Assembly: GCA_051294905.1 (NCBI GenBank)
Contig: CM119379.1
Span: 19,654,001 to 19,718,000, forward strand
Length of the DNA stretch: 64,000 nt
Source: Botryllus schlosseri
Taxonomy: Eukaryota
Direction: 5' to 3'
Below the pieces are notes generated by a model. It was not told the origin of the DNA. It was given only the letters and a program-made list of their open reading frames with translations, and did not search any database. The translations under genes were made by a program, and so were the position numbers. Shown here one piece after another: positions 49,063-62,300 of the stretch (within the stretch, counting starts at the first letter, position 1; each line of letters starts with the position of its first letter).

Positions 49063-52000
49063 AGGCCAAATGTTTCAGACGTTTGTTGTTCTGTGTATGT
49101 ATTTAGATGTATATATTGCGACGCTATCTGAAGCATTATAATTATCCGCACTAAGTATAACCCATTGTTACACAAAATAGAGAATAATTGGGTTCGATAA
49201 TTCGCAAGATCGCACGCGACTCTCATCATGTGCATATGTTGCAGGTGTTGACTATCAACGACTATTAATAAAAATCCAATATGTACAAAGCATTCGTTTA
49301 AAATACACTTTGTATTGTTTTATAATGCCTTTTTGAATAATCCACCCAGGAATCCTTATTTAAAAATAAGCAAGTCATTCATTCATAATATTTACTATTA
49401 GAGAAATTGCTGTTCCTCCCATGGCAGTGAATTATAGCTGTGATCGAATCGGTATGGGAGTAATAGAGCAATTCGAATGAAATTGAATTAACTTGAATAA
49501 ACTTTTTTCTATTCGGCAATGTTTATTTCTATCATTACAATAAGTGTTCTCTATAAAATTGCACGAGCACGTGATTCTCTGACAGAGATTGTAGATCATA
49601 TTCATTCATAAAAACTTAATCTTTTGCTAGAGTTATATTTGTCTCTGTCTACAAAAGTTCAGAGCTATTTATGGCCTGCCAGAAGTAACCTCCTTGTATT
49701 GCTGGGGTTAAGGACGTAGAAATCTACGATTTAATTCTGCAGATTTTATATTAATTGAATTGGTGAGACTATTGTGCGATATTGCAGAAAAGTGTTTCAG
49801 ATGCGGTTTGTAGCCATCCGTACAACCGCGGATAGGATGAAAATTGAGGCAGGAACAAGTTTCATCAATGACACGACACGCCAACTGAGACACTCAATGA
49901 AAAAAGGAAGGAACAAAGGTAAAAAAAATCGACTATATGATGCGAACAAAGGCGTCTTTTGTCTTCTGGCTGCGGCTGGGAATATTGTCAGTAACCGCAT
50001 GAATAGGATTTTTTTAAACTTTGAAAATAGTCTAGCTACAATTTTCTAAAATCTGAAACCAACAAACCAATTTGACTTTTATTTTTAAGATGATTTTTTT
50101 TTTGGTTGAAACTTTTTTTGAACCTGATCCGGAGTCGGACGATTATCGTATCCATTCTGCCCGATAAAAATTCTTCAATTCGATGTAACACAACTCCCAC
50201 TTTCAAAAGATTTCGGCGCAGCGTCAGTCAATGTTCTCGGTAACCACTTGGCTGCAAAATAGCCAAAATAAACAAACCGGCAGCATCGAGGACAGCTTGT
50301 CGCTTTCAGCGGTCTTTGATGGTCCTTAAGACTTGTCGAAGATTCACCGCATGACGGCTTCGCTGAAGGTTTATTGCGACTGGTAACGTTATACTCACAG
50401 GTATCTTGTTTGAGATTATATTGTCGATACGGTCGCGGTACAATTACCAGTAAACAGAAAAATTATGAATTGATTTAAAGCTAATGTACTGGAAACAACC
50501 TCGTGATTAGATAATGTCTTCAGATTTCACCGAATCGGGACGTTCTAGTTCAACACGGCGCCCCATTTTATTTATTTAAACAAAGTGACATTATCTGCGT
50601 ACTGTCGTCAGTTGTGTGCCATCAATTAGGCACGAATTTATCGACGTTTTGCATGTAAGCAAATAGAATAATTTCGATCTCGCCAATGATTTGATAACTG
50701 TAAATATGAAAGCATATCTAACCTTTCATTCAACTTGCTTCACAGCTTTCGGGTAACGAGTAGAGAGCCCTTGTCCAAGATCTTTTTCAAACTTCATCAG
50801 TCATTACGACAATGGTTTGTGATTTTTCGTACAATTAAAAGTGCATCTAGACTCGCATGTCTAATACTATCCGTGCTAATCTACGATAAAGAAACTAATG
50901 TGCGTGGTTAATGCATTCGATAACATAATTTACGAACCGTGCTGTCACCAACATTGTAGTTCCGCGTTGCGCAAATCTTTTGTATTGGATTGTTGCGAAA
51001 CGATTGAGCAGATGGTATCTCATTGAAGTTCGTATTTTCGAACATAATACCTCTCTTTACTCCAAAGATGTTGAATCTATAATTCTATATATTTCCAACA
51101 TGACACCATACAGATCACAAAGAATAAAACATTTTAGAGTGAAGAACAGGTAGTCAGGTACTGTATCGTACAAAATTGACCTACGGCGTAGCATATATGG
51201 TCGGCGGGTCGCACATGTTGAACAAGTTTGGTATTGCCCGTCGGTATGTTATCCCATTTTTGTTAAGCTACACTTGTACTGTTCTATTTTCCACTAGAAA
51301 ATTTTCCCCCCTATAATGGCCTACATATAATGTAACGAAGTAGCCCACGAGATGTTAGAGATAGTGGCCCAGCACCCTAAAGAGACCGCATTTGCGGCCA
51401 CCTAGTGACATCCTTCAGTCAATGGAATTTCCTGAGACCTATAATTGTTGCAAAAGAGACCGATTCAATTACACAAAAGTGACACTCATTCATTATAGAT
51501 ATGCAATAGTCGCGAGCAGCGCTAATGCTTTGCTTTTAGTTTATGTTCATGATTCACTGTAAACATTCGGTCTCAACCGACCCCGTTTGTCTGCATTTAG
51601 TTCTCTCGTAATCGTTTTGCTGCGAGTAGCATAATGGTTCTATCTTGCCCAAATCTCGATGACTAATTTTTCGGTGACGCTTGGATGCAAAATTTGAGTC
51701 GTTTAATATTCATGACAAGTAAGATCGGAATGACGGAAGTGACGAATGACTGACAGATGATTTTGTGCTGGTTACCGCGTGTTTAATAGACTTACTATAA
51801 TGTAAAATAAAATGTACTTCACCGTGGAAATTCCGGTATATATAGTACCGGCATGAGAAGATACATTATAAATTGGTTGCTCGTGCTTTCATGCGTTCAT
51901 TATCGTCGCATTATAGACCAGACAATGTCATCTTGTTCAATTGTTGTAAGTGGGTTTAATGATGCATGATTGCAGTGGTGTTGTGCCAACACCGGGGACA

Positions 52001-53518
52001 GCCCAATTTAATTGTATATTAATCGGGTCGCTAATACGAATGCAATAATAAGTGGAATCGTATTCAGGCAACACTGCATGTAATTACATGCGTGGAGAAT
52101 AGATGCATTTTATATTCCCATCGTATCGTTGGGTGCAAATTAAGCCATAGGTACTTTTTGGTACCAATTGTTACACTTTGACACCCATTGCAGTGGGTGA
52201 AACGAGTCAACAACACGAATCCTTCTGGATATATATCTCAAGAGTATGGTGGGTTCTGTCTACAAGTCTACATGTACCACAAGTCTTCTTCTTCTCGGTG
52301 AGGTACACGAGACAAATACCCCATACAGCCTGCGGAATAGACCTCCAATTGAAATGATACATTTGGCTCATTTTATACCAACTGGAACTGCTGCGAGAGC
52401 AAAGTGCACTACCTGGAAGTGCTGAAGGCTTTATTTACACCTTACTATAGGATAGAATCGTTGGATTATGCGATTTTCCTTTTTCTAGTCAGTCCTAATT
52501 ACCTATGCTCGATTTCGCCCGAGATATCTAGGTATATCGTTATACGCCTACACATATACAATCAGGGGGCATTTGAAGAAATCGAAATAGTCGACAAAAT
52601 GCAATTTGGAATTAATATTTTAACCACGGTGTCCGATGAGCAATAATCCAATTGATCTGACTCGTATATAAACTCTACGTCGATTCATATTTAACTGCAT
52701 GCCCCTCGAGTTGAGTACAAGGATTGCGCCTGGTGGTTTGACTTGAAACTTCGCACCGGCTTGGTTATTGAGTCATGAAATTATAGTCATTCGTTCATGT
52801 TGCTTATAGTTTTCAGTTGAAACCAATTTCGATTCGGAAGTTGTATTCAGTTAAACGACGTTGGAGTCACGTTTAACCTCTTTTAGGAGGCTTGTACTTC
52901 TGTCGTCACAAGGTTCCTCTGGATTTCATTAGCAAATAATCTTCTTACCCAGCAGGAAATGGATTGCTAATATGTCAGGGAGTATAGAGGAAGAGCGTTT
53001 CTGAAAATTGACATTTAAAAGCTGGTAATGTCTTGTCACTGCGTCGTGGCGTGAGAGGACACAAGCGCCCGGTTGCTGAGAACAATTCCCATGAGGTCCC
53101 ATGCTGAGCGGCAGTACTTTACTCCTTTAAATAATTCGGAATGCTTAACGCGACATTTCATCGCTCAGGAATAAAAGCTTCCAGGAAGCAGCCTTATCAA
53201 TGCCGAAGTCAATTCGAAATTCGGCAATATATAAATAGAAATGCCCGATAGTCGCTGGCCTCACGCTGAGATGGAATTTGCACCAGCAGAGTCTAAGTTG
53301 ATGAAAGCCAAGTGCCCAGAAGATCGTGACCGTTATTTAAATGTGATGACAAGGGGAGGATGAGAGGAAAAACTGAGTATTCAACAATAGAACTGATCAC
53401 GACGAGCAGCAACTCTTATCACTTCCGAAACATTACACGTAAGACTCAACAGAATTATATGACGATCAATGAATATCGCCTGTGTGTCAAATGAAATATT
53501 TGCTAAGCACACCGACTA

Positions 53519-53935
53519 TAGGGTTGCATTTAAAACAAATGGTTTTTTAATACACTTTGTTTTAGACAAAAGCCTTCAAAAATTGTTTTTTCAAGTTGTA
53601 AAATTATGCCATATTTTTGTAAATACTTGCCAAAAAACATGTTGTATAAGCCTGCGGACAATTAGCACCCGGTATAGCCGACGTATACGATATGGGATGG
53701 TTGGAACCCTTAAAATAGTCGGTTCAACAGCTATAGTACGTAGATATTTCGTCAAAGGAGCTATATTTACCCCATATTTTTATTGTTCAATGTCAATCCA
53801 CTATGACGTCACAATTGAATATTCGTGACGTCATGGCTTTAAAACAAACAAACAAAAACAATAAATAACATGTTTTAAACAAGGTCCTTTAACCATGTTT
53901 GTTTTAAATTTATTTTTGTTTTAAATGCAACCCTA
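53519..53935 (+). mobile_element. MITE family A copy 6 (short variant, best preserved)
   Basis: TIR TAGGGTTGCATTTAAAAC / GTTTTAAATGCAACCCTA. Flanks ACACCGAC(TA) / TCACCGAC suggest an imperfect 8-bp TSD, so probably hAT, but the superfamily is not certain. Confidence 0.88.
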
Positions 53936-56900
53936 TCACCGACCGTAATATTCCCGATAAACATGAAATGCAGTTCCTTGACACACCAAGATCAAGCGTT
54001 ATTGAGACGTCCATACCAAATGGTATGTTTATCATGCGAAAAGAAGGGAATAAAATGACTTGTGTTTTGTCACCAATGTGCGATGAATAGCACTTGGTGC
54101 TGAGAATATATTTAGAAATCCTATTTCCGCATCCATACTTTTTCAATCGTCTTCATTGAAATGCGGCGGCAATTACTCTCCAAACCCGCCATCTTCGTTA
54201 CCCGTCCCTTTTAACATTTCTGATCGCGCTTGGTGTCAGGAATATCGAATTTTCTGACACCAGATTAATAATTTTTTGATCTGTTACTTTCTTTGCATGC
54301 TGGTTACATAATGAAAAGAGTCATCCAAAGTTAAATGGCGAACAATATTTAGCGAAGTTGGTACTATGGTAGCTTTTCAGCAAAACTTTACTCTTGTCTA
54401 ATATATATTTCTGTTTGGGAAAAAGATCGACCACGGTATCATGATTTACAGCTGGTTGCTGGCCGACGTTTGAATTCAAAATTGACCAGTATACCAAAAG
54501 TCAACCTGCGCTAGTTGCACGGTAAGCGTGACTCGTACCGAATAAGAAAAAAGAGCACATCTTTTAAATAAATCTAAACCTAAACAAATAAAATTTATGC
54601 TTTTCAAGACTAAACATGTCGTGACATGGACCATAACGATTAAGACAAGTACTTCATAAGCGGTGTGTTTTACCAACGTACTCTGCTCAAGGAAAGTTTT
54701 GAGTGCCCCTCACGACCCATGTCGGATTGTCGTACTTTCTCTGATATAACTTTCAGAGAGATGACATAAAAGAAAAGTTATGCCGCAAGAAGTATTTTGA
54801 TGACACACGCGTTCGATTATGAACACTTGGCTGACTTATGGCAGCTAAGTAAACATAAGAAGTCGTCTATAAAAATGAGTGCGCCAACGAAAATCATAGC
54901 GCCGTTGCGACCTTGACCAGTAAATATTTTACTGGTCATGACAACCAAATTCCCATTGCGCTTTATCATGACCTTTTATGCGACGCCGTGGTACGACCAT
55001 CATACATTTTCGCATCTTTAATTACTCACATTGTATCCACACTGGAGCATGGCAGAGAGACCAGTCTGGTAAGAAGTCTCATCGCGTCGAAACAATGACA
55101 TCTATACAGGTGTGCTTGACTGCAGAATAATATGATAAACGTATAAGGATATTGCTCACATACCCACACTACATAAAATCATTCGTAAATCTGCGTACAA
55201 AATACATATTTTTACATATTGACACCTCGGTGCCGTACAGCTCATTCGAATATGCCTACTCCATGCAGCTTTCTATAGGCTTGTACATTTGTCCCCTTCT
55301 TTGTCCCCCCTTTCATGTGATGGGGGTGTGTACGGTGACGGAATAGCGATTTGATCTGCTGCCGCAATACGTTGTAGTTTGAAGTTTAATCCCCCTCAAG
55401 TATCGGGGCCCATTTCAACATTCAGTTGCAGTGCGCACTTCTTTAATGCAAATTCTTAATGACGATGTGAGCCTGAGACCAAGCAATAGAAGCAACACTC
55501 CAAGAGCACTGTCAACAGCGGCACACACAAATTGCAATTCGAGTATGTGGAAATACCATGATAACGCCATGATTCTAGAACCATCAGCCTTTGGGCAATT
55601 TATTATATGTGAATATATATAGCCGAGAGAACTAAATTCGGCCTGGACTGGTAGAATGTCTCATCTTCGTAGTTTAACTGATATATCTCAGGCAGAACCT
55701 TGCACTGTGGCGCCTGGATATCCGAATCACATCAATGCCAATACTCTTGCTATTCCCCCGGGTCATCTAAAAATTTTAAGGTGAAGAAAGACTTCGACTT
55801 TTACTGAAACGGGAATTGAAGAAAGCCCTGGTCTTTTGGGAATCCGCTATCCATTAAGGTTTGTAACTTGCAATGTACAGTCCGAATATATGCTATATAT
55901 AGTAAACAATTTGCTCAAACGTTAGAGTCACGACACCTTCTATCGGACATGATAACTTAATTAGTGGTGTCACACGGTTGTTTAATTTCCGCACCTCTAA
56001 CGGGAGACTAACCCTAGGCTTCTGATGGCTGCAGACCCTGAACGTTAAAGCTACATATGCATCAAGTTGGGTGTTGATGAGAAATCGACCACGTCCTTGC
56101 TGAACCATTTGATAAACGGAATTGATATTTTCAACCTGAGATCCTGTGGCTCATATCCTGGTCCAAGTTTGTGTACGGTAATTCGAAATTCTGTCGACAA
56201 TTAGAAATTATTTGCAATTTCAAGTCGGAATCCGTGGTAAGAAGCCGTGAGCTCAAAAACAAACCAGCGTGCAGGTGATAGTGATGTCTCACCTCTATCT
56301 GAAATTTCACTGCTGTACGATACTAGAGGTATACATAGCAATATTGGTATTCTTAATCACTTTGTCTACTCTTGATTTGATACAGTGGTCTTCTGAAGTC
56401 ACTATTTGGGGATTAAGTGTAGTGAAAAGGAAGAATCAAGCACTGCAAAAATGGTTATAGCCAATCTGCGCAGTAAATAAATCTATAGTATATGCATTGT
56501 ATGTTATGCTTTACACGATATTTCTGTGCGAATTTCCAGCCTAAAAACGACCAATCTTGTACGATTCACTCTGTTTAAAAGGCACAGCGTAACACATTGA
56601 TTGTCAACAGAAATAAGATCACCCGCCGTAACGAAGGAATTGTATCACATTTTATAACACTAACCCATATAGCTCCAGCAAAGTATATTTATTTCTCATT
56701 TGCACGCTACCTGTTGTGCAGTGTACGTACAGTGTCGTACACATTGCATACCTTTTCTGGTAGCTGATCGAAATATTTCTTACGTTTGAGTTTATATATT
56801 TGGCACCCCAGCTACTGTGGCTATACCTGGCACGGCACGACCCGCGTTCATGTGCTCATATCGTTTGTTTCGACAGCGCAAATAGTTCGAACAACTTCGC

Positions 56901-59254
56901 TGTACAGTGTACATTGTCGGTGCGAAAGAACAGAAGATGAACTTTCCCTATCCTTTTATTTTTCAAAGTTGATCCGGAGCAGGTGACAAGGTTTTCACTT
57001 ATCGCCTAATTCACGGTCTGTGACGACCAAGCCGCGAGATGTCTTATCTCGTGGGTGGCAGAAGATTTAGGAGGACATCTATCAAAACATAGGCGGATAC
57101 TTTCGATAGGGAAATCACAGAAATTAGAGTCCATTACCATGCGTTTGGTAACCGAATAGGGTTCTCGAGAAATCTTAAAATTGGAGTCAAATTGTAATGA
57201 CAGTTGGGTACGGGCTTAGCGAGTGAACAACCCTCACAAATCGGATTGAGGGCTATTATGAACGCCGGATAACGTGCTGGGTCGTCACGAATAAGGCCAT
57301 GGGTTATGTTCTATCCCCTATTAAATCTTTTAGGGTCTTCGTCGAGTGGGATTATACGGTAGGGTTAGTTACGTTCCATCACGAGAATACGACAGAAAAT
57401 TCACTCTTTTGAGAACACAAGATGCCATCAATAAGTAAATTAAAATTCCGCCGCGGATCCCAACGCAAACAATACGACAAAACTAAGCAATGTCGTGTTC
57501 CTGAAACCGACGAACGCTGTAATCTCGATCTTGTATCGTACTTGCACTGTGTCATACTTTGCATTCCGTCTGAACTCGTTGCACTGTTCATGTGCAAAAA
57601 CGAATACCTTTGCTCAGTCGACAAAGAAAGTCGGTATTCTACGGCGACAAGAATTACAAATGCAAGCCACGATGCAGGCCTATTATAAACTCAAATTATG
57701 ATGCTATGAGACAACTGCTATTCACGCTGCTATTCCTTTGATGAACATACATGTTTATTGTTTACGTATGAAATAATACATGATTTGGCACGACGAATCA
57801 ATCTGCGTGCTTGGCAATCGCAAAGAAAGGGTGACACGCGGGCAATGTGTCGTTGTTCGTGACATGATCGATTGATCATTGATGACGATATAGGTTAGAA
57901 CATCAGGGTGAGGGGCGCTAAAGCCCTCTTATGATTTACAATATTGTTTTAATATTTTAGCTCACTGGGTGGAATGTCAACAAAATGGCATACGAGGAAG
58001 GGCTCTATCTTCATCCTGAACTAATCAGTATTCACGTTGCATACGACAGCCACATCGAAGACGTTACATTCGCTGCAAATTTAGCACCATTTCACATAGT
58101 TACAACACAAGGGTTATTTTTAACGGATGTGTTCTAGTGCGCCCGGAGCGGGCAGCAGAGTTGCCCCAAATCTTCGATATTGATGTAAATAACTCGACCA
58201 CGTTTATCGATGTCGGCTGTTTTGTTAGAGAAAGGCTTACAGCTAATCCCTGAAGAGGTGGCGAAAACCGTAACAACATTACAGGTGACTGCTTGTTTAA
58301 CTCCTCATTTGTCCCTTCTGTGATCACAGCGCATGCTTCATCGCTTGTCACAGGTTACTTCACTTCGATTACCTTACGCCCAAAGGGAGGATGAACTGAA
58401 CGTATCGGAAGGCATACACTGATCTTATCAAGGCCCTCCACTGACAGCCCTGTCGTGGATTGTAGCAATATTGCTACGCGTTTCATCGACGAAATACCGG
58501 TCACAGTGCACCAAACGGGAATGTCGTCGGTGCTGCATCAGTAAGTCGTTTTTAAGGATATTGACGTCAGCTCGGTATGGCCTAGGCGTGAGATCAGCTA
58601 GCTAACATATATTTGTATCTATTCCAGCGCAAATTACAGTTTTAGCTATTGAGAATCAAGGACGATATCACTTCACATACCGCGTTCTAAGCAAGCCCTG
58701 TGTTGCTTCTCTGTTCATTCTTTAAGGGCGCGCTCGGTTACTTATGTGCTCCAAAGTCTCAACTATAAAGTTTACATCTCACAATTGGATGGTTTCGGTT
58801 TGGACAGTATTTATAATCAGGCTAGGTCACACACCGTACAATTATATTATGACATCAAAGTTCCGTGTATCATCACGAAATAACGTGTAACCATAAAAGT
58901 ATGTTGAATTCAATAGAACCTGATAGTATAGTATTCTAATCTAATCAACAATACATAGCGTTTAAGGCAAAGAAGAGTTTGGTTGCTGAGATATTCGATT
59001 GAAGCCACTAACAATTCGATCTTTCAGCCCACTGGTTTCATCCTATTTTGTGCTATTTCCAGCTTGTATATGTATATACTCTTGACAGAAAAATCATTGA
59101 TGGTGATAACCAATGGATAGGCTACCTACAATTGATTGACAAATTTGATCTGGTTCAGATAAGGGATGCATTCATCCTGCATGCACGGTACAATTGTACA
59201 TGAAAGTATACATTTAATTGATTTGGTTGATGTGGTGCATCGATTATGTTGTTC

Positions 59255-59335
59255 ATGGTGTTTGTCGACTACTATGGTCATTTACAGCAGGTCAATTTTC
59301 TTCAGTTTTTTTCGTAGATGCCGACTTGTAGCACG
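59255..59335 (-). mobile_element. 3' fragment of the tRNA-derived SINE family
   Basis: CATGGTGTTTGTCGACTACTATGGTCATTTACA is identical to the sequence starting at about 34286. Confidence 0.75.
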
Positions 59336-62300
59336 ATTATGCTCGACAGACGCAGCACCCACATCGTAACAATGCATATGCGACATGACTCAAAGCTTGC
59401 TGACAAATTCGTCCATTATTGTAAAAGTATAGTTTAGAATAGATTCATTGCACACAAGAGATGCTTGTCTGCGTTTGCAGGTATAATAGTTCAATATTCA
59501 AACATGTTGATAGCTGTTGAGTTGATACATGGTAGCTGTTCGCCGTCACACGGGCGGTGCGGGTAACAGTAGCTACGTGATTATCAAGCCTGCATCACGT
59601 GGCGGGCCCGCATTTTCAGATTATCGGATCAGACCCTACCGATGAGAGAAAAACCTGTGATGCCATTGTCTGATACTTGTACCGTTCGTTGGCCACTTGA
59701 AACGTAAAAAGCACTTCTTCATGCTGCGCTCTCGTAGTGCTAAGATGATGCATTGGGGCCGCTGGATATGAATGAAATGGTATCTCTCGGTTGAATGTGT
59801 CGGGATATGAAAATAAGCTCTGGTCGCGAAACCACTCAATCGCCTCAGTTGATACGAGCCGTGATTGATATCTCTACAAAACGTGTATATTTTGGAATGC
59901 ATATAGGCATACCTCCAACGTAGCATTTTCCTACATCAGGCGCGTAGGGTAAATGATTGTGAAAATGCTGGAATAGTGGCTTTAGGTTATTCGTCTTGTC
60001 CTAGTCAAATCAGGTTTAGTAGGCTTTTTATGTCACAGGCAGGTCGCTTGAGATCTCGAAGTTATTTTATAGATAGCCCCGACGATAACTGCATTTGATA
60101 GCACAGAGTTATCGAAAATGCCGTAAAGTAGGGTGATGAATCGTGCACAACCATCTCACTATTATCGTACTGATATTTTCTTATATCTTTACGACGAACA
60201 CTGGTTGACCGGCGCTCGACGTAAGATTCATTATTCGCTGACTTTTGTTACGGTACATTCTGCGATTTCCAGCGCGCGTAACAGCGGCAAAGGTAGCTAA
60301 CTTGACGATCGCGACGTCGGCCATTTTTGAATTCTCGAAACTTGCAAATATTATTATTACTCGCGGAAATTTTAATTGCCGTGATTGCACTGCGGATAAA
60401 CATCGAGCTACCGTCCGCGATAAAAGGACGTAATTGATGCTTTAGGATTTAGGTCCCTTATAATTGTCCGTAAATCACCGTGCCTTTGAAGCGACCAACA
60501 CTTGAGCCTTAATGCGTCCAGTGAGAAATGTCGTTGAATGTCACTGTGTGTATCTTGCTGCTTGATCGTTTGCAAAAGATTGATAGCTTAATTGGGACGT
60601 TGGGTTCGTCGATGGATACGGGAAGGCGAATGACATTAATCATAAGCGGTCCTTGAAGTCCGATCTGTGTCTCTATGTCAGTCGCATTATGTACGGTATG
60701 CGGAAGTTCTTAACTATTTTGTGTAAATGCGCCAACTCCACTGATATCTCATTGTCTTTTTTTTTATATTGCGTAAATTATGGTGTACTTAAAGCACTAA
60801 TGTGCTCGTACTATCTATTCGATTTATGCGAAAATATCATGGGCTGGCCTATTACAAGGTTATTTGAATAATGCGTGTATAGCGTAAAGCTATTAATACT
60901 GTATCGGTGCCTACTGTCATTTCTCGACTCACATTTTATGGTGAATATATTTGTTCTGTCGTGCTTTAATTATATTCGAGAACTCTATCAGCGATTACAG
61001 TTGAGAGATGTAACATTTTGGTGAGAAAATGAGTTGTGCAAATCCTAATCCCATGAAGGATTTTCGGCACCGGTGCTTCTGATTTCACATATTGATGTTT
61101 AATATAATATATCGCCCAACTGTGAATATTTTCATACGGAATACGCGATGTATTGTGATCCGCGCAGCCATAAACCCTTGTACTCGCCTCGAATCGCATT
61201 ATCAGTCATTCCGAGACCGTGCATAATGACCTTTTCTGTTACGGATGAGATATGTATTTGTGTCAATATCGATATCGGGTTGTATATTGTGACAGACCAA
61301 CGCTGGGGCATCCTCGCCGTCTCGCGACAATTAATGGCAGATGGGGCGTTGGTTAGCGGTAGCACGTTAAGGTCATTTCGGAGCATCGGATACACAGCGT
61401 TTTACTTACGCAAAACCAGTTTTAACTGTTGGTGCTGGTTGGTATCTTGGAGTTTACTGGTTGCAGGCACTTTCGAAATATGTGATTTTGTTTCCGCTTT
61501 ATTTGTCGCTATTTGTAGCAGTTGGCAATATTATTCCAAGACAAGGTATATACGGCAGTGAAAAGCATAATCGATAACACTCATGATGTATAGATGACAA
61601 TATTATACCAAAAAGTCGCAATATTCGATCCCTTAATTTATCATTGCGAAAATCCGATTCGCGCTGCAATTATTATTTGTGCTATCGACCCGGTATTTGT
61701 AAATTGGACCGAGTAGTGTCGACAAATAAAAGTGTCGACAAATAACGGTATAAACATTGCTTGTGGCAGGTTATAAATTGAGTCAATAGTACTTGTCCTG
61801 CGTCGTGTCAACACCGAAGCGAAGACGACAAGGAAAGAGAATTCGGGAAGAGGTAAATAAGTATTATACATTTGCATTTCCGTGCTCATGTCATCTCCCA
61901 ATCGCAACAAAAGATAGAAGAATATATATAGTAGATGCACGTTTTAAATTATGCCCAACAGTTTAAAGATAATTTCTAAACTTTTTTTGTGATCGACGCT
62001 GATCCGCGAAGCGATGGGAATCTCTGTCATTTCCGCCGCGGAAAAGTTGCGATTACACGAATTTGTATACACCTCTACCGCTTTATCGGAATATCGAAAT
62101 GTACGCTTATACTATGTTTCTTTAAATTCCACGCCAAGGCAAATCTGATAGGTCACCCATTTAGACAATTGAGTCGTAAACTTCGTCCCGGGCGATGAAT
62201 AAATTATATTATTCTTTCCGTTCTGTCGCATTAATTATTATTGCATGTTACTGATTTCGGGAGATTGTATTTCCCGCTAAAGTTTGGAATACAGAACGAA

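Noticed and set aside
53240-53365. 40-codon ORF just after TATATAAATAG
   Set aside because: The TATA-like motif is too close to the ATG, the peptide is unrecognised, and it is within chance expectation.
53469-53828. 119-aa ORF and similar ORFs at 8273, 25693 and 48842
   Set aside because: All lie within non-autonomous MITE family A, and the frames are not conserved between copies.
61132-61561. Overlapping 87-137 aa ORFs and a possible phase-1 exon ending at ttgc|gtaagt
   Set aside because: No domain, weak acceptor, no partner exons.
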